Part shown: positions 58,827-64,000 of the stretch, one piece after another
How the letters are laid out: every line of letters begins with the position of its first letter
Numbering within the stretch: the stretch's first letter is position 1
Assembly (NCBI GenBank): GCA_016926555.1
Contig: JAFGOI010000004.1
Span: 168,996 to 232,995 of the forward strand
Direction of reading: 5' to 3'
Length of the DNA stretch: 64,000 bases
Source of the DNA: Patescibacteria group bacterium
GTDB taxonomy: Bacteria; Patescibacteriota; WWE3; UBA101185; UBA10185
Notes under the pieces: model-generated
Databases searched by the model: none
What the model was told of the DNA's origin: nothing
Seen by the model: the letters and a program-made list of their open reading frames with translations, nothing else
Translations under genes and position numbers: made by a program

Positions 58827-60557
58827 TTAAACTTTGGAAAGGATGTAGTTTCTCTTTTTTAAGAATGACAGGACTCTTTCAGCGGATTTTTCTATGCCTT
58901 CTAAGTCCGGACGAAGTTCAATTTCCGGAATCTCCGGTTTTTCGTAAGGAGCTGAGATACCGGTAAAATCTTTGATTTTACCTTCACGGGCTTTTTTGTA
59001 GTATCCCTTTTTGTCCCATTCCTCGCATATTTTTAAAGGGGTATTTACAAATACTTCAATAAAATTTGGGGTTTTCAGACGGATGCTATCCCTTTGGCTT
59101 TTATAAGGGGATATAAAAGACGCTATTACACCCACACCATTTCTGGCGAGCAACTTTGCTACAAAACCCACTCTTCTAATATTCTCGTCTCTATCCTGTT
59201 TTGTGAATCCAAGATCTTTAGTAAGACTTTCCCTAACTATATCCCCATCTAAACGTTCTATTTTTAGTTCGGCGTCTTTTAATTTGTCGTAAACAATATC
59301 GGCTATTGTACTTTTGCCCGATTGTGGAAGACCGGTAAACCACAAAACGAAACCCTCATTATTTCTGTTACTTTTATACAATTCATCAACTAAAGCATTA
59401 TCGCTATTAATGATTAGTTTGAATACTTCTGGCGCGATTAAGTACTCTTGAGGTATGTCTTTATTTTTTATAAGAGTCCTTAATGAAGTTCCACTGAATC
59501 TCACTCTATTATCTTCATGACAGTCATCAAAAAAACAATGTCTTTTATTTCGTTTATCGTAAACTACTTCGGGATATTTTAATATTTTAATGCCTATTTC
59601 TTTAGGATCGAATTGGTCAAAAATTTCATGGGCTGCAGACGGCTCGTAGAAATCACCTACACCTGCGTGGTCTCGTCCTACTATAAAATGTGTACAGCCA
59701 TAGTTTTTTCTTATAATTGCGTGAAAGACTGCTTCCCGCGGTCCTGCGTAGCGCATTTCAACCGGGAGTATCCCCAGAACCACTTTTCCTTGGGGAAGAT
59801 ATTTATCTATTAAAATCTCATAGCTTCCTATAATGTATTCGTCTTTGAAATCTTCTATTTTCTTTTCCCCAATCACTGGTTGAATAAAGAGGCCATCGGT
59901 TTGTTTTAGTGTTTCTCTTTGTAAATACTCATGTCCTTTGTGAGGTATATTTCTTGTCTGAAATGCGCCGATAGTTTTCCACCCTCTGTTTAAAAATATT
60001 TTTCGTGTTTGTTCCGGACTCATGTTGTGTTCTGGAAAGATCATTTCGTTGGTTTCCATTAGAAAGGTCTCACCTCCCAGTAAGTATTTTTTCATTTTAA
60101 GAACCTCTTCAACTCCCGGGTGTTTTTTATCCGTTGTGCCAAATACATATTTAGCTAATTCCTCTTTACTATAAGTGTAGATTTCCGGTTTTGTTAAAAC
60201 AGCCACCGGATGCTTGGTTTCTTTCGAATAGACAATCACTCTTTCGTTGTCTGAAATACGCTTTTTATCTGTTTCTGATATGTCAAGAACTATCGGGATT
60301 GTCCAAACTATTCCGTTTGCCAAACGCATGTGTTTCAAAACATTTCTATAATCCTTTTTATACAGGAATCCTGTTAAGGGAGAGTACACTCCGAGGGAAA
60401 TATTTTTTATATCTTTTATTCGCTCTGTTGATGCGTATATTTTCGGATATTTTTCAAGATTTTTGTAGTAATACTTAGATTTGTTGTAAGAAAGTACTTT
60501 ATTAATAAGTTTACCTCCGTGTGGGGTTATCATGGCATCGAAAATTATATCAGACAT
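58827..60557 (-). CDS. Bifunctional sulfate adenylyltransferase (ATP sulfurylase) / adenylylsulfate (APS) kinase
   Basis: N-terminal 'QTRNIPHKGHE' sulfurylase motifs (QTRN, HxxH). C-terminal APS kinase P-loop 'VLWFTGLPQSGKSTIA' and 'ISPYKSQRD'. Confidence 0.85.
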   Translation of the reverse strand: MSDIIFDAMITPHGGKLINKVLSYNKSKYYYKNLEKYPKIYASTERIKDIKNISLGVYSPLTGFLYKKDYRNVLKHMRLANGIVWTIPIVLDISETDKKRISDNERVIVYSKETKHPVAVLTKPEIYTYSKEELAKYVFGTTDKKHPGVEEVLKMKKYLLGGETFLMETNEMIFPEHNMSPEQTRKIFLNRGWKTIGAFQTRNIPHKGHEYLQRETLKQTDGLFIQPVIGEKKIEDFKDEYIIGSYEILIDKYLPQGKVVLGILPVEMRYAGPREAVFHAIIRKNYGCTHFIVGRDHAGVGDFYEPSAAHEIFDQFDPKEIGIKILKYPEVVYDKRNKRHCFFDDCHEDNRVRFSGTSLRTLIKNKDIPQEYLIAPEVFKLIINSDNALVDELYKSNRNNEGFVLWFTGLPQSGKSTIADIVYDKLKDAELKIERLDGDIVRESLTKDLGFTKQDRDENIRRVGFVAKLLARNGVGVIASFISPYKSQRDSIRLKTPNFIEVFVNTPLKICEEWDKKGYYKKAREGKIKDFTGISAPYEKPEIPEIELRPDLEGIEKSAERVLSFLKKRNYILSKV

Positions 60558-60615
60558 TCTAATATTAAAAAGTTATTTGTGTTAAAGTGTTTTAAATATA
60601 CAATACAGATAATTA

Positions 60616-61215
60616 ATGTTTTCTAATCGTTCCAACCTGAATATTAAGAATAAGCTTCTTATTCTGGGTTTTGCATTGATGTTGGTACTCGGTTTAATTG
60701 ACTCTTCCCGTGACGAGATTATTTATGAAGATGTGACAAATGAAGATGGAAATATAGCGGGAGTAAATATCGGGACAATAGAAGAAGATTTTTATGAGGG
60801 ACCTTTTGAAGTATTGTCCGTTACAGATGGGGATACGTTTAGAGTGTCTTATTATGGTGAGAACACGCCCGTTAGGTTAATCGGTATAGATGCTCCCGAA
60901 TCTGGCAACTCAAAAGAAAAGTCGGAGTGTTTTAGTAAGGAATCAACAGAGATATTAACCGATTTATTGTTAGGGGAGTATATTCTGCTGGAAAAAGATC
61001 CACAAACGAATGATAGAGATGGTTACAACAGACTTTTAAGATATGCGATAATTGATAATAAGGATGATGTTGGTTTATTAATGATTCAAAAGGGTGCCGC
61101 GTTGGAGTATGAATACACAAAGTATAAATATGCGAGTGAGTATAAAAGGGCGCAGCAAGAAGCTAAAGAATTGGAACTTGGGATGTGGAATATATCCAAG
61201 TATAAGTTAGAGTAA
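60616..61215 (+). CDS. Thermonuclease (staphylococcal nuclease-like), secreted/membrane anchored
   Basis: N-terminal TM. 'VTDGDTFRV...PVRLIGIDAPE' SNase motif and 'YNRLLRYA'. Confidence 0.85.
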   Translation: MFSNRSNLNIKNKLLILGFALMLVLGLIDSSRDEIIYEDVTNEDGNIAGVNIGTIEEDFYEGPFEVLSVTDGDTFRVSYYGENTPVRLIGIDAPESGNSKEKSECFSKESTEILTDLLLGEYILLEKDPQTNDRDGYNRLLRYAIIDNKDDVGLLMIQKGAALEYEYTKYKYASEYKRAQQEAKELELGMWNISKYKLE

Positions 61216-61282
61216 CATCCTAATTATGCTGACGAAAATTGTCTTGATTTGGTAACCTATTTAATAGAGAATTAATAGATAT

Positions 61283-62161
61283 ATGAACCCTGAAAAAGAC
61301 TTTTCTGGATCAATTGGATTTACGAGGGAAGGTGCCCGGAGCAGACAGCAGATGGAAGAGAGGCTTGACATTGTGGCTGCTGTTGCAGAATTTTCTAGAA
61401 CTACGTATGAGAGGTTATCTACAATGGATGGGGTTCAAAGTGAATTGGGTGAAAAAAGAGGGACTATCTTTAATGAAAGAGGGGGATTAAGACTCGACGA
61501 AGAAGCAAATACCGAGAGGATACAGTCAGTGTTGGATGTATTCGACATCGTGGATATGTTGATTGCGGATGCAGAAGAAATGCCAGAAGGATCAAGACAA
61601 GCATTTGTTAAACAGGTTAAGATGGTGTTTAGGACACTAGTTGATGATGAAGAAAGTGTTGAAACTCTCTTTTCAACGGAAGATGAGGTGAGATTACTTG
61701 GCAGAAAAATAGTTGCCGAAGATATTGACCCTCTACATGGAAAGGAAGTGTTATCTGATGCGTCTTCTCGGGGCGAAGATATTGCTATTGATTTTAGCAG
61801 AACAGACGCGTTTTCTAAAGTGTGTAGAAGTCTTTTTGATATCAGAGCTGAGGGGCTTTATAACGCTTTACTCGAAAGTGGGGGAACTGCAGAGGTTCAC
61901 GAGAGGGTAGATCTTACGGTAATGAGACAGCATTTTGATACGCTTATCGCAACTGAAGTACTATTCCGAGAAATTAGTAAGCGTGCACAATATGAAGCGC
62001 GGAGAGACTTGGAGTTTAGAAGACAGGCAGAAACAGGGGAGGTTACTTACGTTCACCCTTATCATGCTTATGCCGATCAGATTGTGCTGGAACGGTATTA
62101 TGCAGGTGGCGGTACTTCGGATGTTAGACAGGTAAGTGATGTCAGTAGATATGCTCGCTAG
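61283..62161 (+). CDS. Hypothetical protein (292 aa, Arg/Asp/Glu-rich)
   Basis: Long ORF with no recognisable domain. Composition differs from the Lys/Ile/Asn-rich housekeeping proteins. Confidence 0.45.
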   Translation: MNPEKDFSGSIGFTREGARSRQQMEERLDIVAAVAEFSRTTYERLSTMDGVQSELGEKRGTIFNERGGLRLDEEANTERIQSVLDVFDIVDMLIADAEEMPEGSRQAFVKQVKMVFRTLVDDEESVETLFSTEDEVRLLGRKIVAEDIDPLHGKEVLSDASSRGEDIAIDFSRTDAFSKVCRSLFDIRAEGLYNALLESGGTAEVHERVDLTVMRQHFDTLIATEVLFREISKRAQYEARRDLEFRRQAETGEVTYVHPYHAYADQIVLERYYAGGGTSDVRQVSDVSRYAR

Positions 62162-62241
62162 TTGAGTATAGGTGTAGTTTCCTACAAGAATTTTCAATTT
62201 AATATTATTGTTTGCCCTAAATGCTATGATAGACTTTATAT

Positions 62242-62940
62242 ATGTCAGGAACAAAGCCAATGCAACCAGAGGGATTTATTCCGCCTTGGGAATTACATGG
62301 GTCGAAAGAAGAAGGAGAGGCTAGGTATCCTGAAGGTGAAGTTCCGGATATAGTTAGGGAAATAAGGAAGCAGGAGAAGTATCTTGAAGGGTTACATATA
62401 TCTTCCAGTTTACGCGAGTTATTAGATGATAAATCTGGGAAAAAAGGGTATGAATTACATCCTGTAGAATCCGGTGCTGTGGAAATATGGAAAAGTGGGT
62501 ATCGCAGGACGGAAATAATAGACGGGAAATATGTGTTACGTTGCGTTGAAGTAGATCCGCCCTCGACAATTGGAGTGGAATATGATTCGAATTCATTTAC
62601 AATTATGGTGAAAGAAAATGGCGTAGGTTCCGTGGCCCGTGATTTTGGGGTGGATAAGATTAGACCAACAACAAAATTAGGTAAATTGATTGCGGTATCG
62701 GAACAGACCGGGGTGCCATACACGCAAGCTACCAGAATGGCTATGTCGGTTTATAGAAGAACTGTATTATATCGAGATGGAAAAGTATCGGGAGAAATAG
62801 AAGTTAAAATTGAGGATTCCTACGCGCAAAGTGTTCGTGGGGAGCATATGGAAGGCGTAATGGACCATACAACGATAAAAGCGGGTCCAACCGGGGAAGA
62901 TGTGTCTGTAGTGACTACGCAAGAATTTTTGCCGTGGTAA
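62242..62940 (+). CDS. Hypothetical protein (232 aa)
   Basis: Long ORF with no recognisable domain. The start may be the internal ATG at 'MQPEG'. Confidence 0.45.
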   Translation: MSGTKPMQPEGFIPPWELHGSKEEGEARYPEGEVPDIVREIRKQEKYLEGLHISSSLRELLDDKSGKKGYELHPVESGAVEIWKSGYRRTEIIDGKYVLRCVEVDPPSTIGVEYDSNSFTIMVKENGVGSVARDFGVDKIRPTTKLGKLIAVSEQTGVPYTQATRMAMSVYRRTVLYRDGKVSGEIEVKIEDSYAQSVRGEHMEGVMDHTTIKAGPTGEDVSVVTTQEFLPW

Positions 62941-62959
62941 TTATTTTTAAGGAGGAACG

Positions 62960-63175
62960 ATGTTTGAAATCGAGTGGGAGAGCTCCCGCTATAGAATCTC
63001 CGGGAAAAACAGCAACGTTTTTTTACCTGATCGAAACGTTCGGCTGTTAGTTGTATTTTCCGGAGATAATGTGTCTCGAGTGATGGAGATTTCTCTACAC
63101 ACGGTACTTGGGATGCAGGGGGCCGAGAAAGCGAAAAGGGTTCGAAAGAGAAAAAGTAGAAAGGGGAAGCAGTAA
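62960..63175 (+). CDS. Hypothetical 71-aa protein with basic C-terminal tail
   Basis: Strong SD 'AAGGAGG' 6 nt upstream of the ATG. C-terminal 'KAKRVRKRKSRKGKQ'. Confidence 0.45.
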   Translation: MFEIEWESSRYRISGKNSNVFLPDRNVRLLVVFSGDNVSRVMEISLHTVLGMQGAEKAKRVRKRKSRKGKQ

Positions 63176-63180
63176 AAGAT

Positions 63181-63216
63181 AAAAAATAAAATAAAATAGA
63201 GACCCTGCCGAGTCTC
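63181..63216 (-). terminator. Rho-independent terminator (bidirectional context) for the minus-strand gene 63251..>64000
   Basis: Hairpin GAGAC-cctgccga-GTCTC (63199-63216). On the minus strand it is followed by 'TATTTTATTTTATTTTTT'. It lies between convergent genes. Confidence 0.55.
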
Positions 63217-63250
63217 ACGTAAATACCAAGTTTCTATTCTCTTATACCTC

Positions 63251-64000
63251 TTAGCTACTTTCTTCGGGGTAATAATTTTTGGATAGCATTTCCCAGTTTT
63301 GAGCGATTCTAACGGTACGTGCCATGTTTTCAACAAATAATCTAGTGGTGATTTCTAGTCTTTTTTCTGCTTGTGCATATTCATCTGAATCAGGTAATGA
63401 AGTCGCGATATCATATCTTAGTGTGGCGACTTCTTTAAGAAGCATACTTCCCATACCTATTCTTGCAAATGCTGGGTGTCCTTTGTCGGCGTGAATTGTC
63501 TCCACGGCGCCTGTTTCTTCATTGATTCTGCCAACGGTTTTTTCTGCAAAATAGTTGCCAAGTTGTATCGGGTAATTTCCGTGTGTGATATTTCCCTCTG
63601 TATCAACGTCCACACCCATGCGAGCCAAAAACCTTAATTGTGTAATTTCGTTTGGTGAGAAATCTTTTCCGTCAGGATGTTTTAAGTGGAAAGATAATAT
63701 TGAGCTTTGTAGTAATCCTGTATCTTCCCCGGTTTTTTGTAGATCAACCATTCCATAGTTTCGGAGGGTTCCTTCTGAATAATTTAACCCATTCAATTCC
63801 AGATATTTCTCTACGGATTCCGTGAGATATTTTGCCGCGTCGGAATATATTTCTCTGTTTTTGGGATCCATGATTTCTCTGTATGTACTGATTGCTCCTC
63901 CCAATCTTGTTTGTAACGCTACCTTCTCTGACAATTCAGCCCCTATAGGCGTGCCCTCCGCTTCGTCCTCCACGAATGTTACGGGTATTCCTTTATCAAG
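63251..64000 (-). CDS. Hypothetical protein (partial; ORF continues past window end)
   Basis: Open frame with no stop upstream of the listed GTG, so it extends beyond 64000. No domain recognised. Arg/Glu-rich like its neighbours. Confidence 0.4.
   Translation of the reverse strand, partial: LDKGIPVTFVEDEAEGTPIGAELSEKVALQTRLGGAISTYREIMDPKNREIYSDAAKYLTESVEKYLELNGLNYSEGTLRNYGMVDLQKTGEDTGLLQSSILSFHLKHPDGKDFSPNEITQLRFLARMGVDVDTEGNITHGNYPIQLGNYFAEKTVGRINEETGAVETIHADKGHPAFARIGMGSMLLKEVATLRYDIATSLPDSDEYAQAEKRLEITTRLFVENMARTVRIAQNWEMLSKNYYPEESS

Noticed and set aside
1-64000. CRISPR arrays, IS elements or transposases, integrases, and rRNA genes
   Set aside because: No regularly spaced direct repeats, no DDE/serine/tyrosine recombinase-like ORFs and no rRNA-like conserved stretches were seen while reading through the window.

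Overview
This 64 kb window is gene-dense (about 60 CDS and 5 tRNAs), AT-rich by eye (roughly 35-42% GC), and compact, with many 4-nt ATGA start/stop overlaps. The reduced gene content, Lys-rich ribosomal protein extensions, a PolA without a 5'-nuclease domain, and a ClpE-like ATPase with a zinc ribbon suggest a Candidate Phyla Radiation / Patescibacteria-like bacterium; that is an inference. The standard genetic code applies, since TGA terminates uvrC and murA.

Most of the window is housekeeping:
- Nucleotide excision repair genes uvrB, uvrA and uvrC all lie within 12 kb, interleaved with a class A PBP and a secreted transglutaminase-like protein.
- A cell-wall and division block runs secG - murA-like - mraY - ftsW - murG - ftsQ - ftsA - ftsZ.
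- A B12 module pairs a class II ribonucleotide reductase (nrdJ) with a PduO-type cobalamin adenosyltransferase.
- Translation and maintenance genes include ileS, rplU/rpmA, lepB, gatC/gatA/gatB, a PolX, a family A DNA polymerase, ClpE-like, rplS, tmk, tgt and a bifunctional ATP sulfurylase/APS kinase.
- A surface-glycan locus carries GH18-like, GH5-like, Wzx flippase, O-antigen-ligase-like, Ig-like, GalU and a C39-like peptidase.
- The five tRNAs are Val-CAC, Thr-CGT, Gly-CCC, Asp-GTC and Lys-TTT, all with encoded CCA.

The accessory or unusual content is:
1. A tiny membrane protein plus a HepT/DUF86-like HEPN protein inserted into the gatCAB operon, translationally coupled to both neighbours.
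2. A 451-aa membrane-anchored protein with about 54 cysteines in nine C-x5-6-CC-x4-6-C-x4-10-C-x2-3-C modules.
3. Tandem HExxH..Q (DUF4157-like zincin) paralogs on the opposite strand between the PBP and uvrA, one interrupted by an in-frame TGA.
4. A DUF134 / DUF5320 (RGG-repeat) gene pair next to tRNA-Lys.
5. A tRNA-bounded islet with a stand-alone half-ferritin (EncFtn-like) protein and small ORFs.
6. A terminal block of Arg/Asp/Glu-rich hypothetical genes that looks compositionally foreign.

No transposase, integrase, CRISPR array or rRNA was seen.
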